The notes below the pieces were generated by a model. It saw only the letters and a list, made by a program, of their open reading frames with translations, searched no databases and had not been told where the DNA came from. A stretch of DNA of 64,000 nucleotides from a virus: IMG/VR virus record IMGVR_UViG_3300036791_001907, positions 1 to 64,000 of that record. One strand, 5' to 3'. Both the position numbers and the translations under genes were made by a program. This document shows, in pieces, positions 10,201 to 19,330 of the stretch (position 1 is the first letter of the stretch; the number at the start of each line of letters is the position of its first letter).

Positions 10201-12934
10201 CTCGAACCCGGGCTACGCCAGCGACCTGCGCCTGATCGAGATCCCCAGCAAGCCTGGCGCCCCTGGGCTCTCGATCTACTATACCAACGGTACCTACACA
10301 TTCACATTCAACTGCGATGACGGTGCCGCACACGCGGTGGCGCTCTACTTCACCGATCCCACAGGCAATAACTGGACGGGAACGGTCACGGCCAAGGACG
10401 TCAACACCGGCGCCGTTCTCGATCCGGTGCGCAATGTGGGCGATGACTGGACGACCGGCGTCTATCTGGTCTGGAACATCATCGGCCATGTCCAGTTCGA
10501 GCTTAGCCCCACGGTGGCGGGCACGAACTTCCCGACTGCGGCCTGGTTCATCGATCGGCCAAGAGCGGTCGGCGGGCAGGTGCATGGCAACGACAGCCTG
10601 ACGGCACTACCCACGCCGGCCGCGCCTGCCGTGGCGTACGCCAGTGACAGCATGCTGCAAAAGCCAGCCGCGCTCTTTGTGCAGCGCGACAACTGGCGCA
10701 ACGGTTTCTGGCTTGACCAGTATGGCGCCCAGGGTTATTCGCTCTTCGACTATAGCGGGGTGCCTGATATTCTGCCTCCCGGATGCACATACAGTGTCGC
10801 CGGCTGCGCCTTCGCGAACCCCTGGCATTCGGGCAGTGATCCCCGCTATCTCCAGGTCCCCAGCGCCTATGGCACCACTCCCGGAGCCGCGGTCTACTAC
10901 ACGACCACGACCGGGACCGTGACGTTCCGGCTCAATGACAACCTTCCCCACGCTGTGACGCTCTTCAGCGTCGACATCGATCGGGTCGACCGCCGGCAAA
11001 CCTGGACGGTCTACGACAGTACCGGCACCAGGATTCTGGACGGACCGCGGGACTGCGGCGACTTCGGCACCACGGCCGTCTACATGACCTGGAACGTGCA
11101 GGGCTCGGTCCAGTTCGTCCTCACCTTTACGGTGAACGCCAATGCGGTACTTTCTGCCTGGTTCATCGATCGACCCTTGCTGGTCGGCGGGCAGGCGCAT
11201 GCCGCCGATAGTTTGGCCCAGACGTTCAGTATCTGCCTCTGGGCCCAGACCACCAGCACGGACTGTCGCGGCGCGGTCATTCGCGCGCATGCCACGAACA
11301 GTCGGATCTATCGTACCGTCGCGGCAGTCCATTCCACGGATCTGTGGACCCTCGCCACAGGTCTGCGCGCGCATGGTACTGACAGTCAGGTTGCGCGGCT
11401 CAGCACTTCGGCTCCAGCGCATACGACCGATAGCAGTCACATCCATACGGCCAGCTGCGGCCATGGCACCAGCAGCGCGGCCCAGTTCATCTTCGCGCAG
11501 GCTCATGGCACCGACGCCGGGACTCGGCTGGTTAGCAGATCCAGCCACGCCACCAGCAGCTGGCTGATGAAGCCCGGCGTCGGCCTCCTGATGCAGACGA
11601 CCGACGTCGACTGCGCCGGTACGCGGCTCCGGATCCACAACACCGGCAGCCTGCTCTCGCAGATCACGGTACGGAAGCATGCCGCGAATGCGCTGGCACG
11701 GCAGACGTTCGTCCGCGCCCAGACGGCGGATAGTTTGCTGGTGCGACCGGCCACGCTGATCCACGCCACGGACGTGCTCTGGCAGCAGCCGGCCATCCGG
11801 GCGCATGCCACGGATCTGCGGACCCACGGGACGTACGCGGCGAACCAGGCGACCGACAGCTGCGCCTTCGCGGCGCACACGGTCACGACCACGACCGATA
11901 CCGGCACCGCGTATCTCCAGGTCAGACGTCATGCAACGGATAGCCGGCCAATGCGGCTCACCACGCGTGCGCACACGGCCGACGCCATGCTCTCCGCGCA
12001 GCGGGCCACGAGCCACGGTACCGACACGGGCAAGCTGGGCTTGTCGTGGCGGCCCAGCTACATCGACGGCCTGAAGCGTGGCACCCTGGTCCGGACGCAC
12101 AACACGAACGCATACGCTGCCGTCGTCCGGACCACGGCGCACGGGACGAATGCCGCGACCTACGGGCTGCGGCTCCAGACGCACGCGACCAGTGCGCTCC
12201 TGGTGCAGTCGCGGTCGTACATCATCAGCACGGATGCGTCGCTCCTGCGGCTGCCGGCGGCCAGGCATCAGACCAACACGGCCGCGGCCGTGCTCAGGGC
12301 GCATGCGCATCAGACCTCGACCATGACCACCATCGCGCCGATCGTCGGCCGCTGGGCCGCGCAGCGGGTCATGACGCGGCAGCCGGCCCAGCTCGCTTCC
12401 CACGATCGCCAGGAGACCAACACGACCTACGGCGTCGGGTTCCTGCTGGTCGGGCCCGACCGGATCACCCCGGTGCTCGGCGCCACGCCCACGGTCCGGC
12501 TCCTGAAGTCGGGGACCACCAGCTGGGTACCCGCCATCGGCACCGTGCGCGAGATCGGCCAGGGCTGGTACGAGCTGATCGGCTCGATCTATGATCGCAA
12601 TGTGGCGGGCGAGACGATCCTGATGGCCACTGCGCCGGGGGCCGAGACCGCCTGGACCAAGTTCGATGTCGTGGTTTCTGCCCCGTATGCCTACATCAGC
12701 TTCGGCACGACGGAACTTGCGGCGATCGCCGACGCAACTCTTACCCGGAGCTTCGGTTCCGCGGCTCTCGTGGCCGCCCGTTCGGTACTCCAGGCGGCCC
12801 GGTCGCTGTTCCAGTGGAACGCGGCCCAGGGCATGCCGTTGAAGATCGTTGCCGAGAATACGACGACGGCGTGGCAGGCCAACACGACGACCGATCCCAC
12901 GATCAACCCGATCCGGGGGGTGGACCCGATGTAG
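7265..12934 (+). CDS. Giant fibre/adhesin (1889 aa): HxTD repeat shaft, four FVQRDNWR domains and a C-terminal anchor-like domain
   Basis: Dozens of ~16-18-aa repeats centred on H-[GAT]-[TSA]-[DSN]; FVQRDNWR domains start at 8816, 9434, 10043 and 10676. Confidence 0.8.
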   Translation: MASIPLTPDAGPTAAHGADAWLRPVAARSHRTGTVNVGLGQTRAQAMSVVTQRIEDRGHATATTMILVGAGTHITGARARAELTQVHATATIVAGLARATPRAASPGYTSPLGIWLGGASQANFSVPTSHGTSTLTVFRRVLTYSTDTMEQGIPARVQISDTLTWFAATPIHGTNTVAYARLAQAHQTDVLIRTAAARVHTTGSLIALLRTSARVQLTNSLARSTSTRSSATDSRTYSTALPVNITDGLLRATTVRSHATSTRCRATAVRSQTTSTLCRATPIWSFMTDALRRATGSHPHATSILRFASVSRAHATDIRTRSAIVHVHTTDVRAAVRVSAAVLHTTDVDRHGIVVRTHAADGLKLSPGAWVYNTDAATRIARLQTHGTSTQVAQLAARLRANLTDTRSRWISIRSHGTDTLVMPAVVGLEVYSTDIVLMLVAQPAHGADALVAQLMATPQTHAADADLMGHCHPPHGTATLFSVLTAAVHTTDTRIATRATQQRVHVSDTLLRPLVAFVQRDNWRNGINWIGQYGAQGYSLYSYNNVPDVLPPSCNYTVTNLGIVPNWVTGTGDPRYLQVPNSSTTGAAVYYVTTGPPGLITFQLNDKHPHAVTLYSFDKEKAGRKQTWAVYDVTGTTLLDGPRDCGDFGTTGIYMTWNVDGPVQFQLTDMAGPGANAVTSAWFIDRPITVGARAHGSDVDMARPFSGRAHSSDTMVRAATAVFVQRDNWRACYWIGQYGAQGYSLFQAGGGAGTPDVLPPWLTYSLSGTAVRNWDDGYPPYFLEIPNSPDGITWISIFYTGTTATVTFQLTDGLPHALTLFSEDGGQGWLGTIAVYDVTGTTLLDGPRDVGPMSANGIYMTWNVTGSVQFLLTATNGNMMVDAWFVDRPITVGGKAHGSDSLTAQVTTARAHSSDALLVPAGPATFVQRDNWRNGGRWIGTYGLQGYSIFQLSGTPDVLPPNCTVIPAGGGLVQDWFASNPGYASDLRLIEIPSKPGAPGLSIYYTNGTYTFTFNCDDGAAHAVALYFTDPTGNNWTGTVTAKDVNTGAVLDPVRNVGDDWTTGVYLVWNIIGHVQFELSPTVAGTNFPTAAWFIDRPRAVGGQVHGNDSLTALPTPAAPAVAYASDSMLQKPAALFVQRDNWRNGFWLDQYGAQGYSLFDYSGVPDILPPGCTYSVAGCAFANPWHSGSDPRYLQVPSAYGTTPGAAVYYTTTTGTVTFRLNDNLPHAVTLFSVDIDRVDRRQTWTVYDSTGTRILDGPRDCGDFGTTAVYMTWNVQGSVQFVLTFTVNANAVLSAWFIDRPLLVGGQAHAADSLAQTFSICLWAQTTSTDCRGAVIRAHATNSRIYRTVAAVHSTDLWTLATGLRAHGTDSQVARLSTSAPAHTTDSSHIHTASCGHGTSSAAQFIFAQAHGTDAGTRLVSRSSHATSSWLMKPGVGLLMQTTDVDCAGTRLRIHNTGSLLSQITVRKHAANALARQTFVRAQTADSLLVRPATLIHATDVLWQQPAIRAHATDLRTHGTYAANQATDSCAFAAHTVTTTTDTGTAYLQVRRHATDSRPMRLTTRAHTADAMLSAQRATSHGTDTGKLGLSWRPSYIDGLKRGTLVRTHNTNAYAAVVRTTAHGTNAATYGLRLQTHATSALLVQSRSYIISTDASLLRLPAARHQTNTAAAVLRAHAHQTSTMTTIAPIVGRWAAQRVMTRQPAQLASHDRQETNTTYGVGFLLVGPDRITPVLGATPTVRLLKSGTTSWVPAIGTVREIGQGWYELIGSIYDRNVAGETILMATAPGAETAWTKFDVVVSAPYAYISFGTTELAAIADATLTRSFGSAALVAARSVLQAARSLFQWNAAQGMPLKIVAENTTTAWQANTTTDPTINPIRGVDPM

Positions 12935-12973
12935 CCGTGGGGATAGGATCGAACCGGCACGGAGGCTCCTTCC

Positions 12974-14203
12974 ATGGCCTTTGAACCGTACACCAGGGTT
13001 GACTTCGGACCCGCCCGGGCCGGCCTCAGAGCCGTCGGCTACACGCTGGTCAAGGCCGGGCGGCCGATCGGCCCGCGGATCACCCGGGGGATCGAGGACC
13101 TGGGGAGCGGCCATTACGGCGCCGCGGTGGACTACCCGAGCCACTTTCGTGGCCAGCTTGTCTGGGACACGGGCGGTCCCAGTCCGCAGACCGTCGCCTT
13201 CAACGTCACGCCCGAAGAAGGCGCCGTCGTGGTGGGCACGGCCGCCGCCGTGAAGCGGGCGGCCGGACCGGCACGCCGCGGTGCGCCTCGGCCGCGCATC
13301 GTGCCGCCGCAGGCCGCCCTGGGCTCTTACCTGGAGGGCTGTGAAGCGCCGCCGGCCGCGCCCGTCATCGGGACGATGGACTCGCTGCCGGTGTCGCCGC
13401 GGCTGCGGTCGGTCATCGTTCCCTCCTGTCCCTGTCCCACGATCTCCTGGACGATGGTCGACGCCGAGGGCTGCCCCATCGACCTGAGTGCCTGCGAGGT
13501 GGGCGCCCAGTTCCAGATCCTGGGCGCGCTCAGCATCGTGCCCGACTGCTTCAACTATCTGGTCACGTTCAACGCGTCGTCGCCAGATCCGCCGGCCGGC
13601 CTGATGGTGGCTGCTATTGATCCGGTGCAGCTCCAGGGCCCGGGCATCTACATCGCCGAGATGGCCGTCTTCGATGCCGACGGCGAGTGCGTGGCGGCGC
13701 AGAACCAGTTCTACCTGGTCGTGCAGCAGAGCCTCTTCGGCGCCAACTTCCAGTGGCGCGGGCCGCCCAGCATGGCCGAGATCCGGCTCGAGCTGCGCGA
13801 CAGCTCGCCCCTGGAGAACGACCTGCTCGACGACTCGGTGGCCTTCGACAACGCCGAGATCGCGGTGGCGCTGCGCAACGTCGTCGACTACTGGAACGAG
13901 TCGCTGCCGCCGATCGCGCCCTACACCACCCAGAACTTCCCGTTCCGGTATTGGTGGAAGCGGGGCGCCAAGGCGCAGCTCTTCTGGATGGCGGCCGAGT
14001 GGCATCGCAAGAACCAGGTCGCCTACTCGGCCGGCGGCGTCTCGTTCGATGAACACGGCCAGAAGGCGCAGCAGTACGATGAGGCCGCTGCGACGATCTG
14101 GCAGGAATACCGGCAGTGGGCCCAGCAGAAGAAGATGTCGATGAACATGGAGCAGGGCTGGGGCGAGGTCGTCTCCGACTATTCGAGGTATAACGCCTGG
14201 TGA
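12974..14203 (+). CDS. Putative head-tail adaptor/neck protein with N-terminal Ig-like domains
   Basis: SD GGAGG; C-terminal helical domain EIRLELRD...NDLLD...VDYWNESLP...NQVAYSAGGVS; position upstream of the sheath gene. Confidence 0.55.
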   Translation: MAFEPYTRVDFGPARAGLRAVGYTLVKAGRPIGPRITRGIEDLGSGHYGAAVDYPSHFRGQLVWDTGGPSPQTVAFNVTPEEGAVVVGTAAAVKRAAGPARRGAPRPRIVPPQAALGSYLEGCEAPPAAPVIGTMDSLPVSPRLRSVIVPSCPCPTISWTMVDAEGCPIDLSACEVGAQFQILGALSIVPDCFNYLVTFNASSPDPPAGLMVAAIDPVQLQGPGIYIAEMAVFDADGECVAAQNQFYLVVQQSLFGANFQWRGPPSMAEIRLELRDSSPLENDLLDDSVAFDNAEIAVALRNVVDYWNESLPPIAPYTTQNFPFRYWWKRGAKAQLFWMAAEWHRKNQVAYSAGGVSFDEHGQKAQQYDEAAATIWQEYRQWAQQKKMSMNMEQGWGEVVSDYSRYNAW

Positions 14204-15153
14204 TGCGGGACCCGGTCTTCAAGCGGCTGCGGATCGACCACATGGTGCTGGGCCAGACCCGGCTGACCTGGGAGATCGCGCCCTGGTTCTGCGACCCGGA
14301 GCCCTGGGAATTCCTGCCCCAGATCTCGGACACGGGCGTCGAGACCTCGGAGTGGGACGACCTGACGGACTGGCTCCCCAACTGGTGGACCTTCATCGTC
14401 GATCCGTTCACGCTCGGCGGCCGCAACCTGACCGCGCACTTCCGGGTCCTGATGCGTACGCCTCACGGCCAGTACACCTCGCGGCCCCAGGGCGTCTTCG
14501 GCACCCTGGCCAGCAGGGAGTGGGTCAAGGCCCGCGTGATCGTCAAGAAGGAGTACCTGCGGTTCCGGATCGCCGGCGTCGTCAAGGGCTGGTTACTCAA
14601 GCGCAAGCGCCGCGGCGATATCCCTGATCCCACGGACCGCCGCAACTCGGTCACCGACTTCCTGACCGGCGAGATCACCAAGACCGTGGATCCCGACACG
14701 GTCGGCACCGAATATCTGGGCGGGTTTTATCTGCCGGTGCCCTATGACCTGGACGCCGAGCCGGGCGGGCTGTATGAACAGCGTGACGAGGTTCAGCAGC
14801 GCGGCACCGTCGATGATGATTCGCTGGTGCGGCAGGCGCGGATCATCCACGACCCACCGGTGGCCTACTGGGATGCCTTCGTCGCCGACCAGTCGGATCT
14901 GCGGTTCTACTTTCACCGGCTCAAGCATGTGGCCGAGATCGGCATGGTGCCGCTGGTCTCCCAGGCCGAGTTACGGCTGGCACCGTTCAGCGACGTGATC
15001 TACACTGTGGAGGTTCCGCTGACCCGTGAGCAAGCCCGAGGACACTGCATCATCGCCCCGCAGCCGATCCAAACCATGGCGGGGCGGCCCGTTGTTGCCG
15101 AAGCTGACGCCCAGGGACATGATGAGCTACGAGCCGGACCCGGAGCTACTTGA
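14200..15153 (+). CDS. Putative neck/head-closure protein
   Basis: Coupled to the upstream stop (GTGA overlap); GTEYLGGFYLP motif; synteny between adaptor and terminator candidates. Confidence 0.5.
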   Translation: MMRDPVFKRLRIDHMVLGQTRLTWEIAPWFCDPEPWEFLPQISDTGVETSEWDDLTDWLPNWWTFIVDPFTLGGRNLTAHFRVLMRTPHGQYTSRPQGVFGTLASREWVKARVIVKKEYLRFRIAGVVKGWLLKRKRRGDIPDPTDRRNSVTDFLTGEITKTVDPDTVGTEYLGGFYLPVPYDLDAEPGGLYEQRDEVQQRGTVDDDSLVRQARIIHDPPVAYWDAFVADQSDLRFYFHRLKHVAEIGMVPLVSQAELRLAPFSDVIYTVEVPLTREQARGHCIIAPQPIQTMAGRPVVAEADAQGHDELRAGPGAT

Positions 15154-15194
15154 TCAGCTCCTGGGCCCGCCAGGAGGCAAGGAGGCCGAGCGTC

Positions 15195-15884
15195 GTGAAC
15201 GGAAGCCCTTCCAACGGTGACCCGGAACTGCGGATCGAGCACTTCTCGAGTCCGTGCTCGTTCGGGCTCACGCCGCTCCTGATGACCGGCTTCCTGATCC
15301 AGTGGCTCGGGGACCACTTCTCCCAGCGCTCGAACCTCGAACATCCCGAGCTGCGTGACGTTCTCTGGAGTGCCAACACCAGAAATGGTATCCTGATCGC
15401 GAGCATCACGGACTGGGATCCCAGCGCTGTCGAGAAGCGACCGGGCATCATCGTCAAGCGAAATGCCTGGACGCCCGAGCGGATCGCCATCGACGATCGG
15501 CTGACGCCCACGGCCGATGGTTATGAGTACTACAGCGTGATCATGCGTGGTTCACATACCATCTTTTGCCTGGCGGGCGAGGGGGCCGAGGTCGAGATCC
15601 TGGGTGCCGAGGTGTTCCGGGAGTTGATCGGGTTCAGTTCGCTCATCCGCCGGACACTGGCTCTGAAACGGTTCAACGTCGGGGAGCTGGGTCCAGTCAA
15701 CGAGCTACAAGAGTCGACGGAGAACTACGCCGTTCCGATCACCGTCGCGTACGCTTCAGACCTGTCGTGGCGCCTCGAGCAGGATTCGCCCAAGCTGAAG
15801 CGGTTTGTGCTATCGGCGAACATTTTGTCGTCAACGGACAATGGCGGCCGGCTCTGCGGGGGTTGCAACCCTGCGGCCGGATAA
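15195..15884 (+). CDS. Putative tail terminator/completion protein
   Basis: GGAGG at 15181 before GTG 15195; EKRPGIIVKR motif; lies immediately before the sheath gene. Confidence 0.5.
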   Translation: MNGSPSNGDPELRIEHFSSPCSFGLTPLLMTGFLIQWLGDHFSQRSNLEHPELRDVLWSANTRNGILIASITDWDPSAVEKRPGIIVKRNAWTPERIAIDDRLTPTADGYEYYSVIMRGSHTIFCLAGEGAEVEILGAEVFRELIGFSSLIRRTLALKRFNVGELGPVNELQESTENYAVPITVAYASDLSWRLEQDSPKLKRFVLSANILSSTDNGGRLCGGCNPAAG

Positions 15885-15932
15885 CAACGGAGTGGATGCA
15901 ATCGTTCGACCTGCATGGAGGCTCCGATAGCG

Positions 15933-18680
15933 ATGGCCTACATTCTGCCCCAGGTGCTCGTCTTCCAGGAATTCGACATCACGCCGGCAGGGTTGACGGG
16001 CACCCTGAACGCGCACATCTCCGGACCGCACGCCTTTCTGCTCCGCTACGCGGACCCCACCGAGAAGGATCTGGCCTACCTGGGCGCGTACGATCCCCTG
16101 AACGGACTGGTCAGCAACTGGCCGCAGCGGCCGCCGGGCGGGCTTGTCGATACGACCTACACCAAGATCTACATCGACAACGCGCTGCTTCAGTACTTCC
16201 AGAACCTGATGGGCAGCGGTGATACCGTCGTGCCGGTTGCTGCCAACAAGGTTCAGCTCAACAGTCCGACTTACGGCTTCGTGGGCAATGGCACCGCCTA
16301 CCCCAGGCTCCCTGCGCTCTATGATCGTGACGTGCAGCCGGGTGACCGGGTCCATATCCGCGGCGCCGTGGCGAGTGTGAACTACGACCTCGATACTTAC
16401 GTCACGGCCATCGAATCCAACCCGGTCAGCGCAGTCGTCGGCGCCGCCTACGCGGACCAGAGCAACGGGCCCACGCAGGCCGCGACCTCGAGCGCCAGCC
16501 AGACCGCCGGCACCGACAACTCGATCACGCTGGCCGCCGACACCACCACCTACAGCGCTCTGACCGATGGGGCACTCTCCGACACCTACACGGTCACGGT
16601 GATCAACGGATCGGTCGGCGGCGACTTCACGACCGCGCAGCTGCGGATCACCACGGCCAGCGGCAATGACGACGTTCTGGCGATCGCCCCGGCGGCCGCC
16701 GGCACGGCCTTCCCGGTCGGCAACCGCGGCCTCTTGCTGACGTTCTCCCGCACCTTGGCGACCGATGATCTGATCGCCGGCCAGACCTTCGAGGTGCAGA
16801 TCCAGCAGGCATACACGGCCATCGTCGCCACCTCGGCCGGCACCTACCGCGGCTCACAGTCAACGACCTACGTGATCCAGTTCACCCAGGGCGGCATGTT
16901 CAATGCGGCCGACCCCGCGCTGCGGCCCCAGTTCAGCGCCATCACCGTGCATGGCACCGACAGCAGCCCGCCGCTGCCGGTCGACGCCCCGGCCACGGCC
17001 TACCCGGTGGGTACTCAGGGCGTGACGGTCCACTTCGGCGCCAGCCCGGACGGCGTCCGCAAGGGGGACCGTTTCTACGTCCCTGTCACCGGCGCGCAAG
17101 ATGGCCAGATGAATATCCTCGTGCTGGCCAACAACCTGCCGGCGCAGCTCTGGACGCCGACCCCGGCCACCGATCTCGATCTGACGCTCTCCGTCGAACG
17201 TGACATCATGGTCGACGAGATGGCCGGCGGCATCACCAACTGGACGCAGAGCGACATCCAGATCATTCTCAACGCGGGCATCGAGGCCTACGACGAGAGC
17301 TTCACCCAGGGGGGCGAGCCCTACGCCCTGCCGGTCATGTCCGGCCTGGTCTATGTGGAATACCGCGCCTGGGTTCCCGAGTTGTCCACCTCGGTCGGCG
17401 CGATCTACGACGTCGGCGATCTGGACGCCCTGATCAGCGGCCCCTTGACCCCCGACAACCCGCTCAAATGGGGCGTGTTCAAGGCGCTCTCGAACAGCAA
17501 CGGCACGAATGTCATGTTCACGTCCGTTGCCGATCCCGCCGACATCGACAGCTGGGACGCCGTGCTGGCGCTCCTGATCGGCCGCACCGATGTTTATAAC
17601 CTGGTGCCCCTGACGTTTGACCGCACGGTCCTCGACCTGTACGCGGCCCACGTCGATGACGAGTCGTCGCCGGAGCAGGCCCGCTGGCGGGCGCTCTTCG
17701 GCTCGATCCAGGCCACCACCCAGGCGGCGATCGTCTCCCAGGCCGACTCGACGGACGGCAACGTCGTCATGGCCACCATCGCGCAGGATCCCCAGGCTGT
17801 CGGCAATGACTTCATCATGCTGACCGTGCCTGCCCAGAACTCCGGCTTCCTGACCAACCAGGTGCAGCCCAGCGACATCGTCCGCACCAACTACGGCGTC
17901 GATCAGAACGGCAACGAGATCTACGACGAATATGTTGTTGACATTGTCCTGAATGAGGACTCGCTCCAGCTGATGTCCGGGCCCGCCGAGGCCGTGACGG
18001 TGGCCCAGAAGATCGAGATCTGGCGCTACCTGTCGAAGGACGAGATTGCCGCGGACCTTGCGACCCAGGCCGGCAGCTTCGGCGACCGGCGGGTGAAGAT
18101 GGTCTGGCCGGACACGGTCGGCTCAGGCGGCATCCTTCAGGAGGGCTACCACCTGGCCGCGGCGCTGGCGGGCCTGCGCTCGGGCGTCGTTCCCCAGCAG
18201 GGCCTGACCAATGTTCAGGTCATGGGCTTCGACGACCTGTCCCGCACCACCGACTTCCTCTCCGGAGCCCAGCTCAACACCATGGCCACGGCCGGCACGT
18301 GGATCGTGACCCAGGCCCCTGACGGGACAGTCTATAACAGGCACGCGCTGACCACGGATAACACGGATGTGAATTCTTCAGAGGAGATGGTCACGTCCAA
18401 CCTGGACTCGATCTCGTACACGTTCGCCAACCAGCTGGCGCCCTACATCGGCCGGATGAACGTCACGCCGTCAGCACTCCTGGTTCTGGGCACCGAGATC
18501 GACTCGGTGATCGACTACCTGAAGTCCAACGGGTATGTCCCCCGCCTCGGCGGTCAGCTGGTCGATGCCACGATCATCAGCCTCCAGCCGCATGCCATCC
18601 TCGCCGACCGGGTGGTCTGCGTCATCGATGTCACACTGCCCTACCCGATGAACAATCTCGAGCTCCATCTGGTCGTCTGA
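15933..18680 (+). CDS. Contractile tail sheath protein
   Basis: SD GGAGG at 15917; starts MAYILPQVLVFQEF; C-terminal sheath core AAALAGLRSG...LTN...QLNTMATAG...RHALTT...YIGRMN...LPYPMNNLELHLVV. Confidence 0.9.
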   Translation: MAYILPQVLVFQEFDITPAGLTGTLNAHISGPHAFLLRYADPTEKDLAYLGAYDPLNGLVSNWPQRPPGGLVDTTYTKIYIDNALLQYFQNLMGSGDTVVPVAANKVQLNSPTYGFVGNGTAYPRLPALYDRDVQPGDRVHIRGAVASVNYDLDTYVTAIESNPVSAVVGAAYADQSNGPTQAATSSASQTAGTDNSITLAADTTTYSALTDGALSDTYTVTVINGSVGGDFTTAQLRITTASGNDDVLAIAPAAAGTAFPVGNRGLLLTFSRTLATDDLIAGQTFEVQIQQAYTAIVATSAGTYRGSQSTTYVIQFTQGGMFNAADPALRPQFSAITVHGTDSSPPLPVDAPATAYPVGTQGVTVHFGASPDGVRKGDRFYVPVTGAQDGQMNILVLANNLPAQLWTPTPATDLDLTLSVERDIMVDEMAGGITNWTQSDIQIILNAGIEAYDESFTQGGEPYALPVMSGLVYVEYRAWVPELSTSVGAIYDVGDLDALISGPLTPDNPLKWGVFKALSNSNGTNVMFTSVADPADIDSWDAVLALLIGRTDVYNLVPLTFDRTVLDLYAAHVDDESSPEQARWRALFGSIQATTQAAIVSQADSTDGNVVMATIAQDPQAVGNDFIMLTVPAQNSGFLTNQVQPSDIVRTNYGVDQNGNEIYDEYVVDIVLNEDSLQLMSGPAEAVTVAQKIEIWRYLSKDEIAADLATQAGSFGDRRVKMVWPDTVGSGGILQEGYHLAAALAGLRSGVVPQQGLTNVQVMGFDDLSRTTDFLSGAQLNTMATAGTWIVTQAPDGTVYNRHALTTDNTDVNSSEEMVTSNLDSISYTFANQLAPYIGRMNVTPSALLVLGTEIDSVIDYLKSNGYVPRLGGQLVDATIISLQPHAILADRVVCVIDVTLPYPMNNLELHLVV

Positions 18681-18736
18681 CAGACCCATAACCCGCGGGT
18701 ATCCACCCGTTTCCCAGGCACGGAGGCACATCAGCA

Positions 18737-19261
18737 ATGCCCGACATCTTTGGCAAGAGCACTCACGGGCTAGGGGCGGCATGGTCCGCCGACGGCGCGG
18801 CGGTCTCGTTCTCGGGCCAGGCGGCCGGCCTGCTCGGCGCCGGCATGATCGTCCAGCAGGTCAACATCGGCTACCAGCAGCAGGTCACCCGGCTCTACGA
18901 GATCGGCTCGAGCCTGACCTACTTCGTCGCGGGCCGCGCTCAGGGTAACATGTCGGTCGGCCGGATCGTGGGCCCGGGCGTGATCATGTCGGCGTTCTAT
19001 TCACGGTTCGGCGACGTCTGCAACGCCAGCCAGAACACGATGAACCTCTACATCGGCACCGGCTGCCGGACCGTCGGCACGACCGCCACCGCCGGCCAGA
19101 CCGCGACGTTCACGAACGCCCGGTTCAAGATGAGCTACGTCGTCCTGATCAATGTCGGCATCTCGGTCGGTGCCATGGACATGGTGATCAACGAGCAGCT
19201 CCAGTGCATGTTTGTTACACTCGAAAACAACGACGCCGCAACCGCCGGGATTGCGGCCTAG
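18737..19261 (+). CDS. Tail tube protein
   Basis: 174 aa directly after the sheath gene; VQQVNIGYQQQVTRLYEIGS...GRAQGNMSVGRI is a tube-like motif; SD GGAGG. Confidence 0.8.
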   Translation: MPDIFGKSTHGLGAAWSADGAAVSFSGQAAGLLGAGMIVQQVNIGYQQQVTRLYEIGSSLTYFVAGRAQGNMSVGRIVGPGVIMSAFYSRFGDVCNASQNTMNLYIGTGCRTVGTTATAGQTATFTNARFKMSYVVLINVGISVGAMDMVINEQLQCMFVTLENNDAATAGIAA

Positions 19262-19330
19262 CGGCGCAGCGGCCAGCGTGCCGTCTGCCGGGCCTCTTGT
19301 GCCCACAACCTCACCGTAAGGTGGTCTCCA

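Noticed and set aside
3412-11180. Diversity-generating retroelement acting on the repeated fibre domains
   Set aside because: No reverse transcriptase or non-coding template repeat is in the window, and the differences include indels and are not adenine-specific.
15119-15220. 33-aa ORF MMSYEPDPELLDQLL...
   Set aside because: It overlaps both flanking neck/terminator genes and has a weak SD; it cannot be supported.
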